64,000 nt of DNA from an uncultured Nitrospiraceae bacterium (GTDB lineage: Bacteria; Nitrospirota; Nitrospiria; Nitrospirales; Nitrospiraceae): positions 128,001 to 192,000 of the forward strand of contig CAWJWJ010000002.1 in the NCBI GenBank assembly GCA_963846575.1, given 5' to 3'. The position numbers and the translations under genes are program-made. The notes under the pieces are model-generated. The model saw only the letters and a program-made list of their open reading frames with translations. It was not told where the DNA came from and searched no databases. Shown here piece after piece: positions 1-10,709 of the stretch. How positions within the stretch are numbered: the first letter of the stretch is position 1; every line of letters starts with the position of its first letter.

Positions 1-49
1 CGCAGTCATACTCCTCGCGAGTACTGCCGCATCCATCGCGCTCCTGGAG

Positions 50-1126
50 GTGGCCACCGGATATCTCTACGACCGGGCGGGGTTGAATAACGGGAAACGT
101 ACGGTCGATCTCTATTTAGACCGGCCTACGGATTTTCGTGCGAAGATTAGGGGCGCGGACAATGCGTCCGTGATGCCTCATCCATACCTGCTCTATACCC
201 ATACTCCGGGTTTTATCGCGGACGGATACCAGCAAACCAATTCACTGGGGTACCGGAACGAGGAGTTTACGGTTGAAAAGCCGGTCAACACGATTCGAAT
301 TCTGGTATTAGGTGGGTCGACCACCTTTATGTGGCCGTACGTCAAGAATCCCGCCGACACATGGGTGGCGCGTCTCGAAGCCAAGCTCCAGGGGATTTCA
401 ACTCAACCCGTGCAAGTGATCAATGCCGGCATCAATTATGGGACCAGCGCCGAGGCCGTGGCCGGGTACGTGTTCCGACACCGGTTTCTGGAGCCTGATA
501 TCGTGATTTATCACGGAGGGGGGAATGATGTCCTCCCGTTGTTTTTTGAGAACTACAATCCCGAATATACTCACTTCAGAAGCCAGGGGAGCGGCACGGT
601 TCCGAGACCGGGAGAACGAAAGATTCTCGCCAACAGCAACATTGGCAAATATTTCTATGCGAGATGGCTTGAGCCGGTCGGGTCGGTTTTTGTGACGAAA
701 TCTTTCTGGGAAGTGGATCCGAAAGTCGCGCTGGAACGAGTGGAGCGACAGGCTCCTGAAGGTTTTGAGCGGAATCTCGACTATCTGGTGACGATGAGCC
801 GGATCGCAGGATCAGATGTCATTCTGTTTGGATTCTTACAGGCGAGGAAGGCCTACCTGGGTAAAAATTCTGCATTCAAAGGTTACGAAGACGCGCTGAT
901 TGTCGGATTGAAAAAAAGTTATGCGGTCATGGAAAAGATTGCGCGCCGGCACGACGTGCCCTTTGTCATTCCTCCTCAAGATCGATTTCAGGACGACTGG
1001 TTCCAGGACAATTGCCATCTCGTTCCTGAGGGCGAGGAAGTCAAGGCGCAGATCATGTTCGAACGACTGCAGGATCATCCACGTTTTTCCAAGGCACGTC
1101 TCGCAGCAGACGCATCGAATCATTGA
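50..1126 (+). CDS. SGNH/GDSL hydrolase family protein (N-terminus may extend upstream of the called start)
   Basis: Block I LGGSTT, block II VINAGI, block III GGNDV, block V DNCHL. Confidence 0.8.
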   Translation: MATGYLYDRAGLNNGKRTVDLYLDRPTDFRAKIRGADNASVMPHPYLLYTHTPGFIADGYQQTNSLGYRNEEFTVEKPVNTIRILVLGGSTTFMWPYVKNPADTWVARLEAKLQGISTQPVQVINAGINYGTSAEAVAGYVFRHRFLEPDIVIYHGGGNDVLPLFFENYNPEYTHFRSQGSGTVPRPGERKILANSNIGKYFYARWLEPVGSVFVTKSFWEVDPKVALERVERQAPEGFERNLDYLVTMSRIAGSDVILFGFLQARKAYLGKNSAFKGYEDALIVGLKKSYAVMEKIARRHDVPFVIPPQDRFQDDWFQDNCHLVPEGEEVKAQIMFERLQDHPRFSKARLAADASNH

Positions 1127-1152
1127 CAGGTGTTTCGCCGTCTGAGTAAGAT
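1123..1152 (+). promoter_or_regulatory. sigma70-type promoter of tRNA-Thr
   Basis: TTGACA-N18-TAAGAT directly upstream of the tRNA. Confidence 0.55.
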
Positions 1153-1171
1153 TGCGCCTCGTTCCCGCCAG

Positions 1172-1247
1172 GCCGGCGTAGCTCAGTTGGCAGAGCAGCG
1201 GTTTCGTAAACCGCAGGTCGGTGGTTCGATTCCACTCGCCGGCTCCA
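1172..1247 (+). tRNA. tRNA-Thr (anticodon CGT)
   Basis: 76-nt cloverleaf GCCGGCG...CGCCGGC-TCCA; D-arm AGCTCAGTTGG; anticodon stem GCGGT/ACCGC with loop TTCGTAA; T-loop GTTCGAT; encoded CCA. Confidence 0.97.
1203..1247 (+). repeat. att core copy 1 (within tRNA-Thr)
   Basis: 45-bp TTCGTAAACC...GCCGGCTCCA, identical to 13011-13055 and 16164-16208. Confidence 0.95.
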
Positions 1248-1252
1248 CAAAA

Positions 1253-2323
1253 TCAATGTGTTAGAGAGACCTCTCCGATCCGGCCCAGCGGCTGTGCTAA
1301 ATTTGTGCTAATTGGTCGCCGCACATCCAGTACTTCCACTCCATCCCGCAGACTTTCTGGATAGTGATGGGCATAGCGCTGTGTCATGACCGGCGACTTA
1401 TGCCCTAGCAACCGCTGCACCTTGTAGAGATCCACTCCGGCCTGGACCATGCGCGTCGCGAACGTGTGCCGAAGATCATGAAAATGGAGATCCTGGATCT
1501 TCGCGGTCTTGAGCGCGCTGTTCAGGCATCGTCGGATGTTGCTTCCATCAAGCTGCGTACCAGTCTGGCTATGAAACACCAAATTATTCGCCGTCTGACG
1601 GATAGTGTATTTCTCGCTGAGTAATCCGAGGACGGTGTGATTGGCTGGAATGGTCCGCCGTTCTCCGTTTTTGGATCGAAAGACCGTCACGCTGCGCCGA
1701 TTTAGATCGACACCGGCCCAGGTCAACGAAACGATCTCTCCCATCCGCATCCCCGTATGGATCGCAAAGACCAACAGTTCTCGCAGCCAGGGCAATGCCG
1801 CCTGAAGCAAGCACTGCTCCTCTTCAAGCGTGAGCCAGCGATCACGAGTATTGTTTTCCCGTTCCATGGAGACTCGACAGACGGGATTGTCGCTACACCA
1901 TTCCCACTCTCGGCGAGCGAGATTGAAGGCCTTTTTCAATGTGCTTAATTCTCGGTTAATCGTGGCGGGTTTAACCCCATCGGCATAGCGCTTATTCTTA
2001 TAGGCCACGATGTGTTTGGGTGTGATCTGGCTCAGCTTCGGATTCCCGAAGTACGCACGGAGATGTGTTACGCTCGTGCCATTCCGCCGGGAGTTGGCTC
2101 GCCTTGCCGCATGCTCCGTACTATATCGATCCATCAATTCACTGAAGGTCCGAGATTCTTCTTTCGATTTCTCGAAGAAGCGCCCTTCAATGATCTGAGC
2201 CTTCACCTTGCCAAGAATCGCGTCAGCCATCCGTCTGTCAGCCGTTCCTGTTGATCTTCGGACTTGCTGCCCCTGATACGTAAATGACATCCACCATGTA
2301 TTGTTCCGTTTAACGAGCCCCAT
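1253..2323 (-). CDS. int: Tyrosine recombinase/integrase
   Basis: TGMRMGEI, HDLRHTFA, LGHKS...TQRYAH motifs; N-terminal arm-binding region; AAGGAGGAG RBS before ATG at 2323. Confidence 0.95.
   Translation of the reverse strand: MGLVKRNNTWWMSFTYQGQQVRRSTGTADRRMADAILGKVKAQIIEGRFFEKSKEESRTFSELMDRYSTEHAARRANSRRNGTSVTHLRAYFGNPKLSQITPKHIVAYKNKRYADGVKPATINRELSTLKKAFNLARREWEWCSDNPVCRVSMERENNTRDRWLTLEEEQCLLQAALPWLRELLVFAIHTGMRMGEIVSLTWAGVDLNRRSVTVFRSKNGERRTIPANHTVLGLLSEKYTIRQTANNLVFHSQTGTQLDGSNIRRCLNSALKTAKIQDLHFHDLRHTFATRMVQAGVDLYKVQRLLGHKSPVMTQRYAHHYPESLRDGVEVLDVRRPISTNLAQPLGRIGEVSLTH
1293..1311 (+). repeat. Putative integrase arm-type site of element A
   Basis: TGTGCTAA-ATT-TGTGCTAA, identical at 12862-12880. 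Confidence 0.7.
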
Positions 2324-2621
2324 GCTGCTCCTCCTTCGTGCGTGGGCTCGGTGTGATGGTTTCCCCGTGGCCGGAAGTATAGACGGCACGTTTGGCCGCG
2401 GCAATCAGGTTCTCTACGTCGTTAGAATCCTGGCGGGTCGGCAGCGGGCACGGCTTGACGGGGTTGGCCCCAAAGCCCTTCAGCCAGGCCTGGATGGCGT
2501 CAGGTTCGAATCGGATGAGGCCATGAATGCGACGGCACGGAATCTTGTTCCGTGAGACCCAGAGATAGAGCGTGGATTGTTTGATATTGAGCCACGCGGA
2601 GAGTTCTTTGACGGTGAGCAT
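2310..2621 (-). CDS. Excisionase-like helix-turn-helix protein
   Basis: MLTVKELSAWLNIKQSTLYLWVSRNKIPCRRIHGLIRF (HTH_17-like); overlaps the int start. Confidence 0.85.
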   Translation of the reverse strand: MLTVKELSAWLNIKQSTLYLWVSRNKIPCRRIHGLIRFEPDAIQAWLKGFGANPVKPCPLPTRQDSNDVENLIAAAKRAVYTSGHGETITPSPRTKEEQHGAR

Positions 2622-2664
2622 GATGCAGATACACCGGGGGCGTCTCTCGACACCCCCAGTCCCC

Positions 2665-3676
2665 CTAACATGGGCTGCCCGCGTTCCCGCCGGCAGACGA
2701 CGTGTGAAACCGAGTGGGTGGTTGCTTGAGCAAGTTCCGGTGCCGGTCTTTCCACCGGGAGATGCCCCTGACAATTTCGTGCTGTAGCCATTCTTCCCCT
2801 CCAGGGGTGGCACAGATGACCGCCAGCATTGGCGTCAGGGTGTCGCTCACCCATCGTTTCACATCTTGCAGGGTCTGCACCTGCGTCTCCTGGGCTAATC
2901 GCCCCTTTTGAAATCCCTCCGTCAGAAGGGCGTACCACTCCAGCACTGGAGCCCGGTACCGTTCTTCATCCTCGGCATCCTTCGGGATCTGCCGGAAATC
3001 CACATAGGACCGGAGTAAGCCGATCACCAACTCCTTCCAGTCGGTTTCGTCTAAGGTGGCCAATGCGCGGGCACATTGTTCGGCGCGATCCTTCTTCAGT
3101 TCTAATTCCCATCGAGTCGCCATACTCCTCCCAGTTCTCCTGGTCCTTACTCTTGAGTTCGAGACGCTTGTCGTAAATGCGCAAGAGGGTCTGACTCTGC
3201 GGACTGCCGAAATACATCGTCTCGCCGGTCGTCGCTCCGTCCCCATGCGTCAGGTTGGAGACAATGTGTCGGACCTGTGCCGCACGCGTCACACATTGGC
3301 CGGCAGCGACGGCCTCTCGAACCGTCGAGACGGAGACGGTCGCAGCTCGATCATCGAGCGCACAGTCGATTCGAGTCACGTGCCCTTGCTGTGCATGAAC
3401 CCACTTCAGGAGCACTCGAATCTGATCGAGTGTGAGCGCAGAGACCAAACCGCCCGAGAGATCGACATGGATTTCATTCGGACGACGAGGCGCGTTCGTG
3501 CCCAGTTTGCCCACTCCTCGCAGTCCATCTGTCTTGATCCATGAGAGGGGATAGCCTCGAAAGCCACCTTTGGCCCGACTCCACTCTCCACCGAGGACCT
3601 TCATGGTCTCTTGAGGATTGCTGGCCAGGACCGTAAAGGCCAACCAATCAATGGAGAGCGTGAACGTAGAATCCAT
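2665..3676 (-). CDS. Rep_trans-family rolling-circle initiator/relaxase (apparent frameshift near 3115)
   Basis: VTRIDCALDD and MYFGSPQSQTLLRIYDKRLE in ORF 2966-3676; continues RWELELKKDRA in ORF 2665-3246. Confidence 0.85.
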
Positions 3677-3715
3677 GGAACCTATCGACCTCCTGTAAGG
3701 AGCGCTGTAGGTAGC

Positions 3716-3785
3716 GCCCCCGTGTTACCAAGACGGGGGCCATTCCGGTCCGCCCCGCAGCCTGCCGGCATGCGGCGCGGACCGG
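3716..3785 (-). promoter_or_regulatory. Candidate nick site / dso-oriT hairpins for Rep_trans
   Basis: Minus strand GCCCCCGT-CTTGGTAAC-ACGGGGGC hairpin plus an adjacent GC-rich hairpin, just upstream of rep. Confidence 0.6.
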
Positions 3786-3821
3786 CTTTGCCTGTTGATG
3801 GTGAGACGGATAGCACTGTTC

Positions 3822-4067
3822 TCAGCGTCCTTCCTGTGCCGGTCGGGTGAGCTTCTGTCGCACGACGGCAAACGCCTTCTCGCCCACTTCTCTCGCCACT
3901 ATCTTGATCGCCTCGGGCTTGCCATCCATGACCATGCTCATGAGGACCGCCCCGCGCACATACTTGGAGACGGTCGTGCCTTCTTCTTGAGCGCATTTCT
4001 CGATAAGCTTCCGTTCCTGCCCGGTGACCTTGAACTGGAGCGTTTCTGTCTTTGTTTCTTCCTTCAT
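3822..4067 (-). CDS. Small ribbon-helix-helix (CopG/MobC-like) regulator
   Basis: TETLQFKVTGQERKLIEKCAQEEGTTVSKYVR pattern; first gene of the rep-xis-int unit. Confidence 0.7.
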   Translation of the reverse strand: MKEETKTETLQFKVTGQERKLIEKCAQEEGTTVSKYVRGAVLMSMVMDGKPEAIKIVAREVGEKAFAVVRQKLTRPAQEGR

Positions 4068-4088
4068 GGGATACTCATAGTAGAATAT

Positions 4089-4117
4089 ACAATATAATAG
4101 GTACATAGTCATGTCAA
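4089..4117 (-). promoter_or_regulatory. sigma70 promoter of the RHH-rep-xis-int unit
   Basis: Minus strand TTGACA-N17-TATTGT in an AT-rich patch. Confidence 0.55.
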
Positions 4118-4554
4118 ATGGCGCTATTTTGGGGTTCCACGGGTTCCTGTTTCTGACCGCTGGTCTAGCTACGAGCAAGAGTGTTCAGTAAGAAGGAGAC
4201 CATCTTGCACAGAAACGCATTTAACTGATCAACACCTCGAGAATTGCAACCGGAAGTGGCAGGAGAGATGCAGACGACAGTCTCCTGGCCTGACGTGAGA
4301 ACCAGGCGTCTTCCTGACTACGTGTTCTGTTCACTACATCGAGGATAAATAGAGACGCAGAAAACTGGTGGACCTGTTCTCTACCCTTTCGATGTGGCGT
4401 CGATTTCTCAGGGCACGGTGAGAAACAGAGCTCTCACTCCTGATTGAGAATGTGAGCCATTTTATACAGACGCGACAGAGGGCAAGCGCCCAGCATGAAG
4501 AGTGCGGTTGAACCGAATCTGAACATGCTCATTTTTTACTCTAGGAGGGTCGTG

Positions 4555-5031
4555 GTGAATTACCGATACGGAGTAGGCGGTGTGGTCTGTGCCAGTCTCG
4601 TGTTCGCGACGGCAGCCTACGCCGAGATACTAGGCAAGGAGCCTGGCACGTCGAGCAACCCGAAAGATAATGTTCCCAAGAAGATTCAACGGAGCACCCC
4701 AGGCGGAGGTACTTTTGGGGTAGGTGGTAGCGGGCCAGGTACCCGGAGTGACGATTTGGTCGACATGAAAAAGGAGAAACCGGAGCCGGTGACTCTTGAT
4801 GATATGGAGAAAAATGTCGAAAAGACCCATGGCGGCGACTCGGCGATGGCGGCGGAGAAATTGAAAGAGAAAAGTATGCAGAGTGTGAACACGGATAAGA
4901 TGCAGAAGAGATCCCGAGAGCTGCACTCGGATAAGACCGTGCAAGGGCAGGATTTGGTGAATGGGCAACCGATGGACAAACAACAACCAGCCAATCGGTG
5001 TGCTGCTGAACGGGGCGCTAGTCACAAATAA
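4555..5031 (+). CDS. Exported hypothetical protein
   Basis: AGGAGG RBS, signal peptide ending AYA, hydrophilic body. Confidence 0.6.
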   Translation: MNYRYGVGGVVCASLVFATAAYAEILGKEPGTSSNPKDNVPKKIQRSTPGGGTFGVGGSGPGTRSDDLVDMKKEKPEPVTLDDMEKNVEKTHGGDSAMAAEKLKEKSMQSVNTDKMQKRSRELHSDKTVQGQDLVNGQPMDKQQPANRCAAERGASHK

Positions 5032-5185
5032 ACGCACCGTCGGCCGACCCACACGGAAACGGGGACCTGTGAGCGATACGTTTGGCGATCCTCACGTCAA
5101 CTCCAGAAGACGACCTCCCGATCACAGATCGGGATCGTCTGCTGTCGCGGAAAGAACAGTGTGTGCAACACGGGAGGTGTTTCTT

Positions 5186-5545
5186 ATGAGACTCTTGACA
5201 GTCGGAATGATAGGACTCGTGTCGGTTGCCATGACAGGACTTGCCATGGCGAATCCTGCGCTCCTGCCGAACCATCCAGGGTACCCCTCGCAGGGAGAGT
5301 TTGCGAACGACACGGGGAGACAGAATCTTACCCACAGTGAATCCATGCGGGATGCGGCGGTCTCGGGGAATGCGAACATCGTCCAGGATCTTGAGGATCC
5401 GAATAACCCGAAGCAGTTGCGAAAGGAAGGGGCGGGCGGGTTGTCGTTGGAGCAAGCGGCGGGCGGCGCGGCCCTCAAGAACGCGGCGAAGGACCCCACG
5501 ATGGCACCGCCGGTGACCAAGACGGCTCCGCTCCCTAAGCCGTAG
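5186..5545 (+). CDS. Exported hypothetical protein (NPALLPxHPGYP motif)
   Basis: GGAGG RBS, signal peptide ending AMA. Confidence 0.65.
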   Translation: MRLLTVGMIGLVSVAMTGLAMANPALLPNHPGYPSQGEFANDTGRQNLTHSESMRDAAVSGNANIVQDLEDPNNPKQLRKEGAGGLSLEQAAGGAALKNAAKDPTMAPPVTKTAPLPKP

Positions 5546-5729
5546 CCCATTCTGGCCGGCGAGGTGCGCGAGCCGCACCTCGCCGGCCAGTATGACCAGA
5601 CGGGGGAGATATCGTTTGCTGGTCATGCGCCTCATCGAACGCGTATTCCAGAGGCGGAGACTGCCGGATTCACCTGAGGGTGTCGACACTGCGTCTCACG
5701 CAGAAGGAAAGCTATATTAATCCCCCCTG

Positions 5730-6602
5730 TTTCGAGTGTTCCGGCTTCAACGGACGGTGGTCGAACTGGTCGTCGTGGCCGATAGCTTTCATACCAAGCC
5801 CCTGCGACACGCGCGGCAATCGACCGACCGGTATCAGGTGCTCGGGCTGAGCTTGCGCGAGATTCAACTCTTTGAGGGGAACCGAGACGTGCTCGACGAG
5901 ATCGATCCAGCTCCGGAAGTGGTGCGGACAATCACCGACGCCTCGAGCAATGGGCTCACCGAGCCGAACCAGTCGGTCGCCTCGTATGGCAGTGGTGGAG
6001 GGGTGAGCCGGCCCACGCACCACAGCCAGGGCGGGCCGAAGGAGGTGGAAGACACCGATGCCGATCGGTTCTTCCGAGCCGTCGACCGGGCGGTGTTGGA
6101 GCACCATTCCAAGCCGTCGGGCCTGCCGCTGATCCTGGCGGCGTTGCCGGAGCACCATCACCGTTTCCGCCAAGTCAGCCACAACCCATTTCTTCTGCCC
6201 GAGGGGATCCCGGTCAACCCCGACTCTGTGCCGGCGGCGGAACTCCGCACCCTCGTCCGGCAGGCCGTCGAGCCGCAGTATCAATCTCGGCTGGCCGAGC
6301 TGAGCCAAGAGTTCGAACAGGCCCGATCCAAGGGGCATGGCAGTGACGACCTGGCCGAGGTCGCCCAGGCCGCCGCCGTCGGCCAGGTCGCCACGCTGCA
6401 GATAGAGGCTGACCGCCAGATTGCCGGCCGGCTGGACAGTGCGACCAGCTAGGTCGCATTCGCTGACCTGAGCCACCCGAAAGTCGATGACTTGCTCGAC
6501 GATCTGAGCGAGCTGGTTGAAAAGATGGGTGGCCGTGTCCTGGTCATTCCCGCCGAGCGGATGCCGGGGCAGATGGGACTCGCGGCCACCTACCGACATT
6601 GA
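5730..6602 (+). pseudogene. baeRF3-like (release-factor-fold) gene, 5'-truncated with internal TAG at 6450-6452
   Basis: ELVVVADSFHTKPL, FFRAVDRAV, LPLILAALPE; the frame continues after the TAG as DDLLDDLSELVEKMGGRVLVIPAERMP...AATYRH. Confidence 0.7.
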
Positions 6603-6628
6603 CCCCCATATTTACAAAGGAAAACACC

Positions 6629-7000
6629 ATGCAGATTCAAATCAACACCGACCGGAATATCGAGGGTCACGAGGCGCTGGCTGATCAGGTCAGAGGCGTC
6701 GTGGCGAGCGCCATGAGCCGGCACGAGGATCACATCACGCGAATTGAGGTCCATTTGAGCGATGAGAACAGCGCCAAGAAAGGCGGCCATGACGACATCC
6801 GTTGCATGATGGAAGCCCGCCTCGAGGGGCGCCAACCCGTCGCGGTCACGCACCAAGGCGCAAACATGGACCAAGCCGTCGACGGCGCGGCAGAGAAGCT
6901 GACCAGCGTAATCGAGAGCATCCTCGAGCGGCTCCGCGATCAAGAGCGTCACAGGACTGACCCACCTCCGTCCGGACCGACAACCCCCGAGCAGTCATGA
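6629..7000 (+). CDS. HPF/RaiA family ribosome-associated protein
   Basis: MQIQINTDRNIEG...HITRIEVHLSDEN...RCMMEARLEGRQPVAV...QAVDGAAEKL. Confidence 0.85.
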   Translation: MQIQINTDRNIEGHEALADQVRGVVASAMSRHEDHITRIEVHLSDENSAKKGGHDDIRCMMEARLEGRQPVAVTHQGANMDQAVDGAAEKLTSVIESILERLRDQERHRTDPPPSGPTTPEQS

Positions 7001-7776
7001 GCGACAGCACGAGGATTCTGGGCCGGAAGATCAACCGTGCTGAAGATCTCCAGTCCAGCGGCTCAACCTTTGAAGGCCCAGGAGAATTTGCTGAAGACTC
7101 CCTCCGGCTCTACTGCCTCGGATGAGACTCGGGCGGAACAACCGGCGGGATGATCGAAAGATCACTGCGGGAGGGTTACGAAAGGACGAGTCTGGTGGCC
7201 AGCCATGCAGGAAAGCTACCGGTCTGTGTCGTCAATCATCATCGTCGCCAACGGACTGCCACTTCAGAATGAGAGAGAAAATTAGCACACATGTCACAGT
7301 AGAGGAGATGGCAAGTGGCAATAAAGCGGATGGGCAAGTTTCCAAAGGCGTTTCGGCAGAGGGCCATGGACCTACTCAAGCAGTAACAGCTGGAGGGGGC
7401 AGAAAGAGAGACGATGGAAAACAAGTGCGCTGATAACAAACTGTCTCAACCAAGGGGTTCGCTCAAAAACCCGTGCTAGATTTGTCGTGAAAAATGTCAG
7501 AGCCCTCACTAGTGGTTCTACTAGTAGAGCCAATGGAATACCGCTAACCGCTCAACTCAAAACAGAAAACTGCGAAAGGTTCGCAAAGGTCAAGCCACTG
7601 TAAATTCTGCTCTGTCTCGATTCTCAAGGCTCAGGGTGTGCGTGTGCAAATTCGTTTTGGTCTCGACTGTACTTGCGAGCGCGATCGTTCCAGGCTTAAA
7701 ATGCTTTCACCTATGTAATCAATAAAACGAGGAACCTTCGCTCAATCCCCTTATGGCCCGCCTCGACGGGAGACTT

Positions 7777-8430
7777 ATGGCGCGCAAACCCTCCACTGCA
7801 TTCAACCCCACAGCCTTCCTGGCCAAAGTTGGCAGCGGAAAAACCATTCTCAAGTCTAAGAAGAAAGACGTGCTGTTTGCACAAGGCGATCGAGCTGACG
7901 CCGTCTTTTATATTCAGGAGGGACGGGTCAAGCTCACCGTGGTTTCAGCCAAGGGCAAGGAAGCAGTCGTCGCCATTCTTGAGCGTACGGACTTTATGGG
8001 AGAAGGTTGTCTGGCCGGGCAACCGCTGCGGCTGGCCACCGCTACGGCCTTAGACGCCTCGACAATTGTGCGCATCGATAAAGCCGCGATGATCCAAGTC
8101 CTCCACGAAGAATCGACCTTCTCAGAGCTGTTTATGGCGTATCTCCTCTCGCGCAACGCTCGCATCGAAGCCGACCTCGTGGATCAACTCTTTAATTCCA
8201 GCGAGAAGCGATTGGCCCGAGTGTTATTGCTGTTGGCCCATTTCGGAAAAGAAGGCAAGCCGGAACCGGTGATCGCGAAGATCAGTCAGGAAACGCTGGC
8301 CGAGATGGTCGGCACGACGCGATCGCGCATCAGTTTCTTCATGAACAAGTTCCGGAAGCTTGGATTGATCGAGTACAACGGCGGCATGCACATCCACAGC
8401 TCCCTCCTCAACATCGTGTTGCATGACTGA
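7777..8430 (+). CDS. CRP/FNR family transcriptional regulator
   Basis: cNMP-binding fold (LFAQGD...VFYIQEGRVKL...FMGEGCL) and C-terminal HTH SQETLAEMVGTTRSRISFFMNKFRKLG. Confidence 0.93.
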   Translation: MARKPSTAFNPTAFLAKVGSGKTILKSKKKDVLFAQGDRADAVFYIQEGRVKLTVVSAKGKEAVVAILERTDFMGEGCLAGQPLRLATATALDASTIVRIDKAAMIQVLHEESTFSELFMAYLLSRNARIEADLVDQLFNSSEKRLARVLLLLAHFGKEGKPEPVIAKISQETLAEMVGTTRSRISFFMNKFRKLGLIEYNGGMHIHSSLLNIVLHD

Positions 8431-8485
8431 TTGCTTCTCGTCCCGTTCTCGTTTCATGAACCCCGCACAGTGACACCCTCCGCGA

Positions 8486-8529
8486 CTGAGCAACTTTGCT
8501 CAGCCTCCGTCTCACGCAAGGGCTAGTAT
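8486..8529 (+). promoter_or_regulatory. Palindromic operator plus -10 box (copy 1)
   Basis: CTGAGCAA-CT-TTGCTCAG, N20, TAGTAT. Confidence 0.65.
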
Positions 8530-9462
8530 GGGTACGTCTGCATAGCCCGCGTGACGCAAGTCAGTGGCACAAGCAGAGGAGGGAATCGCCATCCTCTTCA
8601 GCCCATGAACCCTCCAGGCACCGAAGGAGGAGGGTTGGAACTGTTTCTGTCGAAGCAATATGAAACTTGAACTTCTCAGCGGACTCTTTCCCGACGCCGC
8701 AGGGCCCGAGAATGATCGGTATCTGGCCAGGGCAACGCATCGGATAAGGGTGGCAATGGAGAATGAAATGGACCGCTAACACCGTAGGAGGATTGAGGTG
8801 GAGGAGAAAACGTCTGAAACGAGCCCACTGACACTGAAGGAACTGGGTGAGATGTTAGTGCGACACGCTGAAAACAGCCCGATTGGAACGGTTATTAAGG
8901 CGGCGATGACACGACGGCGGCCCGAGACATCCGAAGTTCCGGTGAGCCATACTTCCGGAATCCGCCGTACAGGCCACATGGAGTGATTTCGAGCGGAGAA
9001 TGGGCCACTACTTATGCATGACCAACAGGCTGAAGCCAACGCGGTGCTGGCTGTCATCGAACCGCGCCGGAGCGAATCAGTCAAACAGGTGCTCGTGAAG
9101 GCTGCCAAGCCTTCCGCGTCCGAGAGGGTAAAAACCACAAAGCAGCCCTCCTCCGGTCGCTCAAAATCGAAACACACCTTCAAATCATGAGTCCTGGCCG
9201 TCTCCTGCGGCGTCTGTTGTTCATCTTCTGGTGCATATCACACGAGCGCATCATCTTAACGAGCATATGTTCCGTGCGCAGAAATTGTGTGATCGCCTGT
9301 TCGGCCTCCGGATTCAACCGTCGCCTGTGTATCCAGCAGCTTTCCATCATCACTGTACTGGCTGGCGGTGGTGACGCCAGGCATTTCATGAGAGCAGCCA
9401 CAGTAGTCATTGTGATGATCCCGTGAGATTTATGGGCTGTTCCACCGGCAGAATCTTTCACA

Positions 9463-9506
9463 TTGATCAACTTTGACCAGTCAGCCTACCACTCCAAGCC
9501 TAGTAT
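9463..9506 (+). promoter_or_regulatory. Palindromic operator plus -10 box (copy 2)
   Basis: TTGATCAACTTTGACCAG, N20, TAGTAT. Confidence 0.6.
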
Positions 9507-9623
9507 AGTCGTTCAGATCCACTTGGTGAATGTAGTGAATCTGTAGTGAATGGACCAGTCGGATAACCGGCACATACGGAATGTTGAGCATTCTGGGACG
9601 GGGATAGAAGAGGAGGGGAGACA

Positions 9624-9890
9624 ATGCTCTGTACGCGATGCGGCGGCTTGCTCATCCTGAACTTGTGGAATACGAATGATGGTGTTCAATCAGTGAAGCT
9701 GCTGAGTACTAGGTGCGTGAATTGCGGCTGCATTGATGATGCCGTGATTCGTGGAAACAGACGACGGCAACAGCGGACAAGAATGACGCCGTCCCGCGGA
9801 AGTGCCCACCACGCTAAACTATTGCTGCTTTCCAGAATCAAGCCGCTCACTACCCGGCTCCTTAAACCCGGCACTTCGATCGGGTCCTGA
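9624..9890 (+). CDS. Small zinc-ribbon-like protein
   Basis: CTRCGG...RCVNCG; GAGGAGGG RBS. Confidence 0.6.
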   Translation: MLCTRCGGLLILNLWNTNDGVQSVKLLSTRCVNCGCIDDAVIRGNRRRQQRTRMTPSRGSAHHAKLLLLSRIKPLTTRLLKPGTSIGS

Positions 9891-9975
9891 TGCAGCTGCG
9901 GGCAGAGGGTCGGTGGGGCGAGCCAGCGCGAGGCCAGATTTCCGACATATGGGACAATACTCGGAAGGAGATCAT

Positions 9976-10230
9976 ATGAGCACCATGCTTAAGATTGATG
10001 GGTTGGTCGCGTCCATCGATGAACAGGCACTTACCAGCATGTTTTCGCAGTTCGGACATGTGCTCTCCGTGCAGATGTACTCACATGGGACGGCGACCAG
10101 CTCTGGCATTGGGACCGTGGAAATGGAGCACTTAGAGGACGCACAGAAGGCCGTGTTAGCGCTTCATCGATCCTATTTGGAAGGACTCCTGGTACTCGTG
10201 TTCCTTGCTTCTCTTGGGGCGCATCCGTAA
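9976..10230 (+). CDS. RRM-type RNA-binding protein (divergent)
   Basis: LKIDGL...LTSMFSQFGHVLSV...SSGIGTVEMEHLEDAQKAVLAL; AAGGAG RBS. Confidence 0.75.
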   Translation: MSTMLKIDGLVASIDEQALTSMFSQFGHVLSVQMYSHGTATSSGIGTVEMEHLEDAQKAVLALHRSYLEGLLVLVFLASLGAHP

Positions 10231-10709
10231 AGAGTACCTTCCTGAGAGTGTGCTGAATTTGTGTTCACACGTTTTTAAATCCATCAATCCCTCTCGAATC
10301 TTTCGATTCCCTGGAAAGCGTCCAAGCATTAGCCGCGATCACGTACATCTTCCAATCGTCCGCTCTGCCTGGGATGAGATATGTGCAGATCTAGGCTGAT
10401 CAGGCTAGGTGGAGAATCCTCGACCCTAGTAAGTGTGTTCTCTCGATGCGTGGGGGATGGCGACCTTATGGCCACTCTACTGGAGAACCTCGCTTAATTG
10501 TGCTCTGAGTTCACTGTCCCGCGTCAGAAGCATGATCATGATAGCGCCTTTCCGGGACGGTAGGGGCGAAGTTGGCTAGTTGCAAACGACCCCTTGTTGC
10601 GCTTGAGAGATTCACCCCAGGGCGTAGCGCGAGCATGGATTGGCTCCCGACGCCACGCCGTTCGCCATAAGGCGCGACGAAGCACTATGGGCCAGACATC
10701 ACACGCAAA

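Noticed and set aside
4452..4496. Fourth copy of the palindromic box (GTGAGCCATTTTATACAG...CAGCAT)
   Set aside because: The right half-site is weak, the spacing is 21 rather than 20, and the -10 is poor. Not supportable without a PWM scan.
6450..6452. In-frame TAG in a release-factor-fold gene as programmed readthrough or pyrrolysine
   Set aside because: The gene is also 5'-truncated, a single CAG>TAG change explains the stop, and no pyl genes are in the window. Pseudogenisation is simpler.
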